Shown: piece after piece, positions 46,530-56,029 of the stretch | How the letters are laid out: each line of letters starts with the position of its first letter | How positions within the stretch are numbered: position 1 is the first letter of the stretch | Assembly: GCA_964415115.1 (NCBI GenBank) | Contig: CAYPYB010000006.1 | Coordinates: forward strand, 16,325 to 80,324 | Length of the DNA stretch: 64,000 nucleotides | Direction of reading: 5' to 3' | From: an uncultured Candidatus Pelagibacter sp. | Lineage (GTDB): Bacteria > Pseudomonadota > Alphaproteobacteria > Paracaedibacterales > CAIOTO01 | The notes under the pieces: generated by a model | What the model saw: the letters and a program-made list of their open reading frames with translations, nothing else | The model's database searches: none | Told to the model about the DNA's origin: nothing | Position numbers and translations under genes: made by a program

Positions 46530-47282
46530 TTAATGAAAACTTTTAACTAAGCTGCCACAGATCAAATTCCAACCATCGATCATCACAAAAAAGATCAGCT
46601 TAAATGGTAAAGAAATCATAACCGGTGGTAACATCATCATACCCATGGCCATCAGCGTAGATGCAACAACCATGTCTATAATTAAAAATGGAATAAAAAT
46701 TAAAAAGCCAATTTCAAAAGCCCTTTTCAATTCGCTAATCATAAATGCTGGAACCAGCACCCGAAGTGAAACATCTTCTTTTTTTTCAACCTTCTGTTTG
46801 GATAAATTCATAAAAAGAAGCAAATCTTTTTCACGAATATTTTTCATCATAAATTGACGAAAAGGTTGTGCAGCTTTTTCAAAAGACTCCTTCTCAGTAA
46901 TTTTTTCATCCATCAAAGGAACAATAGCCGTATCGTATGCTTTTTCAAAAACAGGCATCATAATATACGTCGTCATAAATAATGACAAACTCATAATAAC
47001 AAGGTTAGGTGGTGATTGTTGAGTTCCTAGTGCCGTCCTTAAAAAAGAAAAAACAATAACCATGCGTGTGAAAGAAGTTACCATCATAATCAGCGCAGGA
47101 GCCAATGATAATAAAGTTAAGGTCACAAGCAATTGAACCATGCGACTAATCATGGAGCCGCCTGTGGCACCCAAATCCAACGTAATGGCTTCAGAAAAAC
47201 AAGAAGAACCTGTTATAAAATAAAGCAATAAGAATGATGCTAAATAGTATTTGCTATTCAATTGAAAGGATAGTTTTCTCAT
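46530..47282 (-). CDS. fliP: Flagellar biosynthesis protein FliP
   Basis: SFTRMVIVFSFLRTALGTQQSPPN, ISELKRAFEIGF and MLPPVMISLPFKL are canonical FliP motifs. Confidence 0.95.
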   Translation of the reverse strand: MRKLSFQLNSKYYLASFLLLYFITGSSCFSEAITLDLGATGGSMISRMVQLLVTLTLLSLAPALIMMVTSFTRMVIVFSFLRTALGTQQSPPNLVIMSLSLFMTTYIMMPVFEKAYDTAIVPLMDEKITEKESFEKAAQPFRQFMMKNIREKDLLLFMNLSKQKVEKKEDVSLRVLVPAFMISELKRAFEIGFLIFIPFLIIDMVVASTLMAMGMMMLPPVMISLPFKLIFFVMIDGWNLICGSLVKSFH

Positions 47283-47285
47283 AGT

Positions 47286-47567
47286 CTATATTCTTTCAAG
47301 CTGTGTATGATTGGGCTTATCAAAAGAATCCACTAGAAAATCACATTTTTCACCACAAAAAATAATGTATTCTTTGGTTTCACATTCTATGACGCAGATC
47401 TTCCTTTTATGATCAATATAGAGCTGGTCTTTTAAAGAAATAGATCCTTTTATTTTCATCTTAGAAAACAACTTCTTTGCAGCAGGCGATCTAAGATAAT
47501 AAATAAATCCAAAGAAACTAATAATAAAGAATGTACCTAAAAAAAGAAAAAAAGATTCATGTATCAT
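47286..47567 (-). CDS. fliO: FliO-like flagellar export apparatus protein
   Basis: It has a single N-terminal TM segment and a FliO-type C-terminal beta region (ISLKDQLYIDHKRKICVIECETKEYIIFCG). It lies directly upstream of fliP. Confidence 0.6.
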   Translation of the reverse strand: MIHESFFLFLGTFFIISFFGFIYYLRSPAAKKLFSKMKIKGSISLKDQLYIDHKRKICVIECETKEYIIFCGEKCDFLVDSFDKPNHTQLERI

Positions 47568-47890
47568 TAATTTTTACCGTAAGCATTTACGGCCTTAATG
47601 TACTGCACTCTCTCATCATTTTGGTTTTTAAGATCGTCTAGTTTTTCTTTGATCATTTCAAATCTTACTTTGATTTCTTCATAGAAATTTTGAACTTCTT
47701 GATTCAAAGCTTCTCTTTCTTCACCGGAAGTATTTGATATAGAAACCAAGATTTCATTCAGTTTTTTTTCCAAATCACTGAATTCTTCATCGGTCATAGC
47801 ATTTTCTACAAGACCTTGAGACGATTGAGTTTCCCAATTTAAGCCTAGCAATTGCTGTTTAATTTGATTAAGCGAAGAGACTATATCCAT
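47567..47890 (-). CDS. Hypothetical coiled-coil protein, first gene of the fliO-fliP operon
   Basis: This acidic helical 107-aa ORF has its stop overlapping the fliO start (ATGA). I recognise no family. Confidence 0.4.
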   Translation of the reverse strand: MDIVSSLNQIKQQLLGLNWETQSSQGLVENAMTDEEFSDLEKKLNEILVSISNTSGEEREALNQEVQNFYEEIKVRFEMIKEKLDDLKNQNDERVQYIKAVNAYGKN

Positions 47891-47898
47891 AAATTAAC

Positions 47899-47913
47899 TT
47901 AAATTTTAGTTAA
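47899..47913. promoter_or_regulatory. CtrA-box-like TTAA-N7-TTAA inside a 22-bp near-palindrome upstream of the fliO-fliP operon
   Basis: TTAAattttagTTAA lies 9-23 nt upstream of the ORF start at 47890. It is flanked by ATTAAC...GTTAAT inverted hexamers. Confidence 0.25.
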
Positions 47914-47961
47914 TTACCTAATTTAGTATGAATTCTTTTTTTTAAGGTGACAACTACAAAT

Positions 47962-48420
47962 TTAAGTGATTTTTTTATTTTTTATATCTACTGCCCTTTT
48001 TTCAAAAGCTTCGATCATCAGTTTTGCAGCATTAGATAAAAAAGGTGCAAGAATCGTTTTTAAAATCATATTATCAATTTCAAAATCAAGGAAAAAAGAA
48101 ATTTCACATTGAGGGTTACCCCCCACCTCTGACATACTTTTAAAGTACCATTCGTTTCTTAGATGTTTAAAAGGTCCTTCAATAAGATCTGATGTAATGC
48201 ATAATTTTCCTTCATCGCAGGTGACTCTCGATGAATATTTTTGTTTAAAGGCAGATGCACCAACAATCAAATCGGCATCAAACTGGTTGCTAGAAATATT
48301 GTACATTTTAGATTCTTCAACCCAAGGAAGAAATTCACAATAATGAGCAACATCTTTAACTAAATCAAACATTTCCTGAGAACAAAAAGGAACTATCCTT
48401 AATTCTTTATGAAACGCCAT
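47962..48420 (-). CDS. SRPBCC-family protein (COQ10/RatA-like)
   Basis: A polyketide-cyclase/START-like pattern is present. Its position just downstream of lipA, overlapping it by 14 nt, is conserved in alphaproteobacteria. Confidence 0.75.
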   Translation of the reverse strand: MAFHKELRIVPFCSQEMFDLVKDVAHYCEFLPWVEESKMYNISSNQFDADLIVGASAFKQKYSSRVTCDEGKLCITSDLIEGPFKHLRNEWYFKSMSEVGGNPQCEISFFLDFEIDNMILKTILAPFLSNAAKLMIEAFEKRAVDIKNKKIT

Positions 48421-49348
48421 GACATGAATCCTTATACTGTTCTAAACGTCTTTCTTTCATGATTTTATAGTCATCACCTGCGTGATACGAAGATCGCGTC
48501 AAAGGCGAAGATGCTATCATCAAAAAACCTTTGGATCTTGCAATACTTGCATACGTATCAAACTGTTCTGGTGTTACATAATCTATGACAGAGTGATGTT
48601 TAGGTGTAGGCTGAAGATATTGACCTATGGTTAAAAAATCTACCTGTGCCGCACGTAAATCGTCCATCACTTGCATAACTTCATGACGTTCCTCACCTAA
48701 ACCTAACATAATTCCTGACTTAGTAAATAACGTCGGATCAGTTGTTTTAACAGTATCTAACAACCTTAGGGAATGATAATACCTTGCACCTGGACGTACA
48801 CTAGGGTAAAGACGCGGAACTGTTTCTAAATTATGGTTAAACACATCCGGTTTGACAGCTACAATTTTTTCAATAGCGCCGTCTTTACGCAAAAAATCAG
48901 GTGTTAAAATTTCAATTGTGGTGTTAGGTGACATTTTTCGAATAGCTTGTATGACCTCAACGAAATGTTGTGATCCACCATCATCTAAATCATCACGATC
49001 GACAGATGTAATCACAACATGGGATAACCCTAATTTTTGAACAGCATCAGCAACCCTAAACGGTTCAAATGGATCAACAGCACCAGGTTTACCTGTTTTA
49101 ATATTACAAAAAGAACACGCACGCGTACACATATCTCCCAATATCATCATGGTTGCGTGTTTTTTTTCCCAACATTCGCCCACATTCGGACAAGCAGCTT
49201 CTTCACAAACAGTATGCAGTTTGTGTTCTTTTAAAAGTGCCGCCGTCTCGTGATATTGGGGACTCACAGGAGCCTTAACACGAATCCAATCCGGTTTTGT
49301 TTTAGTAGAATTAGAAACCAACTTATTATCTTTTGTTAAGTCCTGCAT
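48407..49348 (-). CDS. lipA: Lipoyl synthase
   Basis: It has the radical-SAM CxxxCxxC cluster (CTRACSFC) and the N-terminal cluster [12 protein letters not shown]. Confidence 0.95.
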   Translation of the reverse strand: MQDLTKDNKLVSNSTKTKPDWIRVKAPVSPQYHETAALLKEHKLHTVCEEAACPNVGECWEKKHATMMILGDMCTRACSFCNIKTGKPGAVDPFEPFRVADAVQKLGLSHVVITSVDRDDLDDGGSQHFVEVIQAIRKMSPNTTIEILTPDFLRKDGAIEKIVAVKPDVFNHNLETVPRLYPSVRPGARYYHSLRLLDTVKTTDPTLFTKSGIMLGLGEERHEVMQVMDDLRAAQVDFLTIGQYLQPTPKHHSVIDYVTPEQFDTYASIARSKGFLMIASSPLTRSSYHAGDDYKIMKERRLEQYKDSCHGVS

Positions 49349-49379
49349 TCTCTTAAACTCTCACCTCATTTAAATCCGA

Positions 49380-50303
49380 CTAAAGTTTTGAAACACCTAG
49401 CGTTTGCAATAATTCAGACCATTCTCTTTTAGACATGCCACAATTTGTTTCATCAACTGTTTTGCCGCTCAAACGCTTTTTCACAAGTTCTAACGCTTGT
49501 GCAGATAAATGAATGCCATTTTGACGATAATCCTCAAAAGCTTCAAATGTGTGTGGAACCCAAAGTTTAACAATTTCTGCTAGTTTTTCGGCGTAAACAC
49601 GTATTTCATATTGAGCATGAGCATCGGCACGCAAACGAATAAAATGAAGAAGATTATGTAAATCTATTTTCCAATACCACTGTGTATAAAAATTCAGTGT
49701 CAAATTAACACGTGCAAGCTCACGAGCAATACCAGGGTAGTCTTCATGGCGATGATCTTCATTCAACATATTTTCGTAATTGCTATAGCAACGTTCTGCA
49801 TCATCTCTTAGAACATTAAGAATAACTTCTGCTTGTTCCGGACTTAAAGGTTCTGAACGACCTTGTTTATTAATAACAGACTGCTTGCAAATATCTTCAA
49901 TGGATGGTAGATAAAATTCTTTATCCATAATCGAATAACGAGCAGAATATTCATTAACGTTTGCTGTTCTATGACGAATCCATTGACGGGCAACAAAGAA
50001 AGGTAACTTAATATGAAATTTCATTTCACACATTTCAAACGGTGTAGAATGCCAATGTCGCATTAAATAACGCAGCAATCCTCTATCTTCATTGGTTTGC
50101 TTTGTTCCTTTTCCATAAGAAACACGTGCAGCCTGTACAATTGCTGAATCATCACCCATGTAATCAACAACACGAATAAAACCATGATCTAAAATAGAAT
50201 AAGCTTCGCCTAAAATGTTTTCAAGGGCTGGAACTGTTGCTCTTTTTGTTACAAATGTTTCTTCGTTTTGATCTATCGCTGCATTTGCTGTTGTTTGATT
50301 CAT
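49380..50303 (-). CDS. thyX: FAD-dependent thymidylate synthase
   Basis: The ThyX motif [18 protein letters not shown] (RHRxxSxxxxS-type) and the overall ThyX pattern are present. Confidence 0.9.
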   Translation of the reverse strand: MNQTTANAAIDQNEETFVTKRATVPALENILGEAYSILDHGFIRVVDYMGDDSAIVQAARVSYGKGTKQTNEDRGLLRYLMRHWHSTPFEMCEMKFHIKLPFFVARQWIRHRTANVNEYSARYSIMDKEFYLPSIEDICKQSVINKQGRSEPLSPEQAEVILNVLRDDAERCYSNYENMLNEDHRHEDYPGIARELARVNLTLNFYTQWYWKIDLHNLLHFIRLRADAHAQYEIRVYAEKLAEIVKLWVPHTFEAFEDYRQNGIHLSAQALELVKKRLSGKTVDETNCGMSKREWSELLQTLGVSKL

Positions 50304-50322
50304 TCCGATTCTTTCTTCTCTA

Positions 50323-50796
50323 TTATTGATATTTAATATCTAAAATCGTATAAGATTTATATCCACTTGGAGTCGTTACCTCGACAAAGTCATTCACTTT
50401 TTTACCAATCATAGCTTTAGCCAAAGGTGATGTAATGGATAAAAAACCACGACTCACATCAGATTCATCACTTCCAACAATTTGAAAGGTATGATTAATA
50501 TCTGTGTCATCATCGGCAATTCTTATTGTAGCACCAAATTTAATTTCATTACCTGAAATTTTACTGACATCGATCACGTCAGCACGACTCAGTTTATATT
50601 CTAGTTCTAAAATTCTTGCTTCGATAAAACCTTGTTTGTCTTTTGCTGCATGATATTCAGCATTTTCTGATAAATCGCCGTGTTCACGCGCTGCAGAAAT
50701 GGCTTTAATTACAGCCGGTCTATCTTTATTCTTCAAAATTTCCAATTCACTGGATACTTTTGCGAAACCAGTTGTTGTCATAGGAATCTTTTCCAT
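50323..50796 (-). CDS. greA: Transcription elongation factor GreA
   Basis: [11 protein letters not shown]...[16 protein letters not shown] is the canonical GreA N-terminus. The ATG at 50796 has GAGG 5 nt upstream. Confidence 0.95.
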   Translation of the reverse strand: MEKIPMTTTGFAKVSSELEILKNKDRPAVIKAISAAREHGDLSENAEYHAAKDKQGFIEARILELEYKLSRADVIDVSKISGNEIKFGATIRIADDDTDINHTFQIVGSDESDVSRGFLSITSPLAKAMIGKKVNDFVEVTTPSGYKSYTILDIKYQ

Positions 50797-50928
50797 ACAC
50801 ACCTCAAACTATTATTTATTTTTTAATTAGATCTTAAAATTCTAATATTATTTTTATTTTTATTCAATATCTAAAATCTCAAAACTTTATTGAATATTAA
50901 ATTAAAATTCTATTCTTTCTATTTAATA

Positions 50929-51384
50929 TTACAACCCTGTCGATCCAAATCCACCTAAATTTCGTACCGTCTCACTTAAAGAACTTACAATATCAAATTC
51001 AACTTTTTCATAACGCTGAACAACCATTTGCGCTATACGCATTCCTCTTTGCACAACAAAGTCTTCTTCGTCTGAATTATACAAGATTACCATAATTTCA
51101 CCTCTGTAATCTGAATCTATAGTACCTGGAGAATTCAAAACAACAACACCATTTTTAAAGGCTAACCCTGAACGAGACCTAATCTGAGCTTCATATCCAT
51201 CGGGCAATGCAATAGCAATGCCTGTATGAATCAGCGCCCTTTCTTGTGACTTTATAATGATATCATTTTCTATTACAGCGTGCAAATCAAACCCTGCACT
51301 TCCCAATGTAGCATAACTTGGAAGGTTAATACCTTCCATAGGCTTACAAATTTTTAGCTCAACCAGCACGTTTTCTGTATTCAT
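50929..51384 (-). CDS. dut: dUTP diphosphatase
   Basis: GSAGFDL, RSGLAFKNG, GTIDSDYRGEI and GGFGSTG are dUTPase motifs. The internal ATG (MNTENVLVE) gives a typical length of 151 aa. Confidence 0.9.
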   Translation of the reverse strand: MNTENVLVELKICKPMEGINLPSYATLGSAGFDLHAVIENDIIIKSQERALIHTGIAIALPDGYEAQIRSRSGLAFKNGVVVLNSPGTIDSDYRGEIMVILYNSDEEDFVVQRGMRIAQMVVQRYEKVEFDIVSSLSETVRNLGGFGSTGL

Positions 51385-51413
51385 TTTATTCTCTTCCGCT
51401 CTAATAAACATAT

Positions 51414-51866
51414 CTATTTCTTTATTTCTTTCAAAACATGATCCCAATGTCCTACTATTTTTACTTTTCGCCACTCTTTTTGAACAACACCGGATGCATC
51501 AATATAAAATGTGGATCTTTCAATCCCCATATATTTTTTCCCATACATCGATTTTTCTATCCAAACCCCAAAAAGTTCACATAAAGCCGCTTCAGGATCG
51601 CTTAATAAAGGGAATTTCAAATCATACTTTGAAGCAAAGTTTTCATGAGATTTCAAAGAATCCCTTGAAACACCAACGGTGATCAAGTTTAAAGAATTAA
51701 ATTCATCTTGTTTCAACTGCAATTCACAAGCCTGTGTTGTGCACCCCGAAGTATTATCTTTAGGATAAAAATAAAGTACGATTCTCTTACCCTGTTGAAG
51801 ATAAACTAAAAGCGTATCGATAAGAGGGTTTGTATCTTTATAATCGAAGAGGTTTTTTTCTAACAT
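51414..51866 (-). CDS. bcp: Thiol peroxidase Bcp (peroxiredoxin)
   Basis: YFYPKDNTSGCTTQACEL is the peroxiredoxin active-site region. The start is ambiguous among in-frame ATGs at 51923, 51881 and 51866. Confidence 0.85.
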   Translation of the reverse strand: MLEKNLFDYKDTNPLIDTLLVYLQQGKRIVLYFYPKDNTSGCTTQACELQLKQDEFNSLNLITVGVSRDSLKSHENFASKYDLKFPLLSDPEAALCELFGVWIEKSMYGKKYMGIERSTFYIDASGVVQKEWRKVKIVGHWDHVLKEIKK

Positions 51867-51874
51867 AGGATCCT

Positions 51875-53197
51875 TCACCATATAATATTCATTAAAACGA
51901 ACAGAGGTATTAAAATCAAACATGTGTAAAAAGTATACACAAAAAAACTAGGCATTTTAATACCAAATTGTTTTGAAATATTCACAACCATAAAATTGGG
52001 TGCATTTCCTATATAGGTGATTGCCCCCATATACACACAGCCCATTGAAATGGATGATAAAATTTGTTTCTTTTCAGTAATCAAAGTAGCAACGGATTCT
52101 CCTGTTAATTTCAAGAATAATAAATAAGTTGGTGCATTATCTAAAAATGCTGAAAAAACACCACTCACCCAAAAATAGGCATGGTAAGTACTTTGATCTA
52201 AGAAATTCATCACAGGTGCAAAAAGCCCCCCTTTCCCATAACTAAAGACCATATTAACTGGGATAAGGCAAATGAAGATTGCAAAGAAAACAATAGATAC
52301 TTCTTGAATAGGTTTCCAATTAAAATCGTGATAATCATATATTTTCTTCTCTGTTATTTGATGTGAAAAAACACCCAACAACAACAAAGACATAACCATA
52401 AAAATTTCTTTAATTCTAAATTCCACTCCCACAATGGTAGACAAAACTGTTGTTGGGTAAAATTTGCTTAAACCTACCAACAGAGCAACTAAGAAAATAA
52501 CAATAATATTTCTCTTTCCACTAAGCGACCATCTTTTAAAATAAATATCTGCTGCTTTTTGATCTATTTTTTCTTTTTTCAACAATGAAAGATCTACCAC
52601 ATAAAACATCAGCATTAGGCTTACAAATAAGAACAGAGTTTGAGGATATAAATTTTCAAGTGTCCATAAAAATGGCACCCCACTTAAAAAACCAAGATAC
52701 AAAGGTGGATCACCCAAAGGTGTTAAGGCACCAGCGATGTTTGATACAATAATGATAAAAAAAACAACGAGGTGCGATTTCTGTTTTCGAGAAACATTTG
52801 CTTTTAAAAAAGGGCGTATAAACAACATGGATGCGCCCATGGTTCCTATAAAACTTGCCGAAAATGATGCCAAGGTTAAAATTGCACAATTTTGAAGCAC
52901 AGCAGGTTTGGGACAAAATTTAACACTAATCCCAGAACTAACCGTATATAAGGCAAAAACTAAAGCAACAAAGGGGATATATTCCATCCATACAGTTTCT
53001 AGCAAATGGTGCTGACAATAGTGAAAATCTTTCGTTAAAAATAATGCCGAACACGACAAAACAACCCAGGATAAAATGATTTGTTTTTCAAACCTGTGCC
53101 ACAACCTTGAGCAAAGCAAAGGCATGAGTCCCAAACTCAAAATCAAGCAAACAAAGGGAGCTACCATTAATATTTGATTTTTCATCAATCCATTCAA
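51875..53197 (-). CDS. ArsB/NhaD-superfamily ion transporter (putative Na+/H+ antiporter)
   Basis: It has about 11 hydrophobic segments and the motif ALTPLGDPPLYLGFL, typical of this permease superfamily. The substrate is unknown. Confidence 0.6.
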   Translation of the reverse strand: MNGLMKNQILMVAPFVCLILSLGLMPLLCSRLWHRFEKQIILSWVVLSCSALFLTKDFHYCQHHLLETVWMEYIPFVALVFALYTVSSGISVKFCPKPAVLQNCAILTLASFSASFIGTMGASMLFIRPFLKANVSRKQKSHLVVFFIIIVSNIAGALTPLGDPPLYLGFLSGVPFLWTLENLYPQTLFLFVSLMLMFYVVDLSLLKKEKIDQKAADIYFKRWSLSGKRNIIVIFLVALLVGLSKFYPTTVLSTIVGVEFRIKEIFMVMSLLLLGVFSHQITEKKIYDYHDFNWKPIQEVSIVFFAIFICLIPVNMVFSYGKGGLFAPVMNFLDQSTYHAYFWVSGVFSAFLDNAPTYLLFLKLTGESVATLITEKKQILSSISMGCVYMGAITYIGNAPNFMVVNISKQFGIKMPSFFVYTFYTCLILIPLFVLMNIIW

Positions 53198-53235
53198 TGT
53201 AGAAATTATAGATAACTAAATCATATCATCTAATT

Positions 53236-54270
53236 TTAACGAAGGCCACCACTTATACCCATCATGTCTTTTGGATTAAAGGTAATAGCTATGGTCTTCC
53301 AAACTTCGTACCTATCTTTTGGCAAAGGAACATGATTACACTTAGGGTCATACACAGCTCTTATAGCACTTTCAGCAGCCGTTCTAAAAATAGGATCTTT
53401 ATTAAATCGCTTTTTATCTTCAACAATAGCATCTTTGACGTATCCATCTTCATCAAAATGAAGGATCATATCGACAGATGTGTCTGCACCACCTTGACTT
53501 CCAATGGGTGGATTCCAACACTTAAATAATGTTGCACGAATAGCCTGTTCTTCAGTTGCCGTAATTTCTGAACCCAAAGAATCTGCAGGTGCACCTGATT
53601 GAGTGTTTTCATCATCAGTCCCACTTTCAGAAAACAAATCATCCAGACTTTTTACTTTGTCCTTTGATTTTTTGTCTTCTAATGCTTTTGATTTTTTAGC
53701 TTTGTTCTTTTGTAAATTGACAAGTTGAGAATCATCTTTTTTAGATTTCTTTTTATCTTTCTTCTTGTCTTCCTTTAATTTTTCTTTTTTAGGTGGAGTT
53801 AAATCCTTTTTTTCTGCAGGCTTAATCTTTTCATTTTTAGATTTTTTTTCTTTCTTTTTATCGTTCAGGTTTACACCTTCATCAATTTTTTGTTTCTTTT
53901 CATCGATTTTGTTTTTCTTTAAATCTTCTTTTTTTTCTTCTGGCTGCACATCTTCTTTTTTCTTCATATCGTCAGCAGTGTTCGTTTTCACTTCTTCCTT
54001 TACAGAATCAGGAATTTTCGATTCGTCTTTAACATTGTCAGAATTCTTAGCTTTTTTGTCTTGCTTATGATTCGAATCAGGAGATAATTTAGTCGCTGTT
54101 GAAACAGGTCCTATGGTATCGAAATTAACAATCATCGGCTGTGCTATTTCAGTATTTCTACCAAAAGGAAAATCAAAATCAAAATAGAGAAAAGTAAAAA
54201 AAACAACATGCAGTATTACTGAAAGTATCACTGCATTTTTCATATTCATAATAGGACGCTCATAATTCAT
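53236..54270 (-). CDS. tolA: TolA-like cell envelope integrity protein
   Basis: It has an N-terminal TM anchor, a long K/E/D-rich helical linker and a small C-terminal globular domain. It lies directly downstream of tolQ-tolR. Confidence 0.75.
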   Translation of the reverse strand: MNYERPIMNMKNAVILSVILHVVFFTFLYFDFDFPFGRNTEIAQPMIVNFDTIGPVSTATKLSPDSNHKQDKKAKNSDNVKDESKIPDSVKEEVKTNTADDMKKKEDVQPEEKKEDLKKNKIDEKKQKIDEGVNLNDKKKEKKSKNEKIKPAEKKDLTPPKKEKLKEDKKKDKKKSKKDDSQLVNLQKNKAKKSKALEDKKSKDKVKSLDDLFSESGTDDENTQSGAPADSLGSEITATEEQAIRATLFKCWNPPIGSQGGADTSVDMILHFDEDGYVKDAIVEDKKRFNKDPIFRTAAESAIRAVYDPKCNHVPLPKDRYEVWKTIAITFNPKDMMGISGGLR

Positions 54271-54284
54271 TGAATAGTAAAACC

Positions 54285-54728
54285 CTATGCTTTTTTCTTC
54301 TTTTGAATTTCAGCCATCAACGATACTTTATTAAATCCAGCACCTGCTATGACGCTCATTAAATCCATAACTTGGCCATAACTAATAGTCTGATCACCAC
54401 GCACAAAAATTTTTGTATTAGGTTTAGCTTTAATAATTTCGTGCATACGCTCTATCATTTGATCTATTTGCAAAGGCGTATCTTTCAAATACGTTTGGCC
54501 ATCCTTATTGATAGAAACGATAATAGGTTCATCAGAATCTTCACTTTGTGCTGCATCCATTTTAGGCAAATCCACAGGTATGCCTACCGTTAATATAGGT
54601 GCTGTAACCATGAAAATGATAAGCAATACCAACATAACATCAACAAGAGGCGTAACGTTAATATCACTACTTAATCCACAAGATGATCTACGACCACCAC
54701 GTTTTTTTTGAAGCATTCCACCAGCCAT
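54285..54728 (-). CDS. tolR: TolR (ExbD/TolR family)
   Basis: DINVTPLVDVMLVLLIIFMVTAP is the canonical ExbD/TolR TM segment. The start overlaps the tolQ stop. Confidence 0.9.
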   Translation of the reverse strand: MAGGMLQKKRGGRRSSCGLSSDINVTPLVDVMLVLLIIFMVTAPILTVGIPVDLPKMDAAQSEDSDEPIIVSINKDGQTYLKDTPLQIDQMIERMHEIIKAKPNTKIFVRGDQTISYGQVMDLMSVIAGAGFNKVSLMAEIQKKKKA

Positions 54729-55543
54729 TATGCTGTCTCCTCAAGTTGACGAGAAATAATGGATAAAAATTCACTGGAAAAACCATCTAAACGATTGGCA
54801 TAACGATTAATATCGCTTGATAATTTATTATATGCAATGGCTGCAGGAATCGCTGCCACCAAACCAATGGCTGTTGCAAACAAAGCTTCAGCAATTCCAG
54901 GCGCCACAACTGCCAAATTGGCACTTTGTTGAGAAGCAATAGATTCAAAGCTATCCATAATACCAAGAACAGTTCCAAACAAACCAACGATCATGCCGTT
55001 AGAACCTAACGTAGCTAAAAATGTCATAAAGCGTTCTAAGCTTTCCAGTTCACGTGAAATGGTTAGATTTAAAACACGTTCAATACGCTGATCTAACGTT
55101 CCTTTTAATTCATAAACTCTTTTACCCTTCGAAAGCGTTCTTCTCCATTCTTTCATTGCAGCACAGAAAACAACTGACATAGAATCTTTAGGGTTGCGTT
55201 GAATCCGTTCATACAAATCGTCGAGTGCGCCACCAGACCAAAATGCTTCTTCAAAACGATGTGCTGCTGCATTTAAACTTCTGATGCGATGTGTTTTAAA
55301 TAAAATAATAGTCCAAGACCAGATTGAAGCAACAATCAAACCTATCATGATAAATTTAATGATAGGGCCAGCACCAAAAAAGAGATCCCACATACTGTGT
55401 CCTGCCTTTATTGCTGGTTGAGGTACAGGTTGCATAACCCCTTGCACAACAGATGACGATGATGGACCTTGTATAGCTGCACTAACTTTTAAGGCACTTG
55501 CCATCAAAAAAACTAAAAAACCAAAAAACTTATTATTGTTCAT
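54728..55543 (-). CDS. tolQ: TolQ (MotA/TolQ/ExbB proton channel) with N-terminal signal-like extension
   Basis: LGSNGMIVGLFGTVLGIM...VAPGIAEALFATAIGLVAAIPA is the canonical channel motif. An extra ~45 aa N-terminal region includes a signal-like helix. Confidence 0.9.
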   Translation of the reverse strand: MNNNKFFGFLVFLMASALKVSAAIQGPSSSSVVQGVMQPVPQPAIKAGHSMWDLFFGAGPIIKFIMIGLIVASIWSWTIILFKTHRIRSLNAAAHRFEEAFWSGGALDDLYERIQRNPKDSMSVVFCAAMKEWRRTLSKGKRVYELKGTLDQRIERVLNLTISRELESLERFMTFLATLGSNGMIVGLFGTVLGIMDSFESIASQQSANLAVVAPGIAEALFATAIGLVAAIPAAIAYNKLSSDINRYANRLDGFSSEFLSIISRQLEETA

Positions 55544-55974
55544 TTTATTATCCTATAAATTGTATTTTTTGAAAATTGTATTTTTTGAACTATATCTTGA
55601 GGTAGCTGAACAGGTTTATACGTCAACAAATCAATCAGAGCAAGTTTGACTTCTGCACTCATGATAAGCCTATTAGAACATTCCTTATCAACAAAAATTT
55701 CCTGCTGACAAATCATTGAAGCCATACCCACTTTAAGAATCTGAGAACGCACAGTCAAAGTTTCCGATAAAAAGGCAGGTTTTATGAAATCAATAGCCAT
55801 TTTTGAAACAACAAAAGCTTTTTTAGAATCACTTATCATCGCATGATGATCAACTCCTAAGTCTCTAAAAAAAATCACTCTCGCACGTTCTAGAAACTGA
55901 AGATACCGAGAATGATATACAATTCCCAATGCATCAACATCTTCTAAAAAAACTTCAAAACTTGCAGCACTCAT
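55540..55974 (-). CDS. ybgC: Tol-Pal-associated acyl-CoA thioesterase (4HBT/YbgC family)
   Basis: It has the hot-dog fold pattern with DVDALGIVYHSRYLQFLERAR. It lies directly upstream of tolQ. Confidence 0.8.
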   Translation of the reverse strand: MSAASFEVFLEDVDALGIVYHSRYLQFLERARVIFFRDLGVDHHAMISDSKKAFVVSKMAIDFIKPAFLSETLTVRSQILKVGMASMICQQEIFVDKECSNRLIMSAEVKLALIDLLTYKPVQLPQDIVQKIQFSKNTIYRIIK

Positions 55975-56029
55975 AAATATTTTTACAACTTCACTTTAGC
56001 ATATAATATTAAAAAATAAAACATAAGTC

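Noticed and set aside
47962-48420. RatA-type toxin of a toxin-antitoxin pair
   Set aside because: There is no antitoxin-sized partner ORF. The gene overlaps lipA in an arrangement conserved among alphaproteobacteria, so a COQ10/SRPBCC housekeeping role is more likely than a TA module.
53765-54070. 101-aa S/F-rich plus-strand ORF
   Set aside because: It is the mirror of the lysine/glutamate-rich (AAA/GAA codon) linker of tolA, so it is an artefact of low-complexity sequence.
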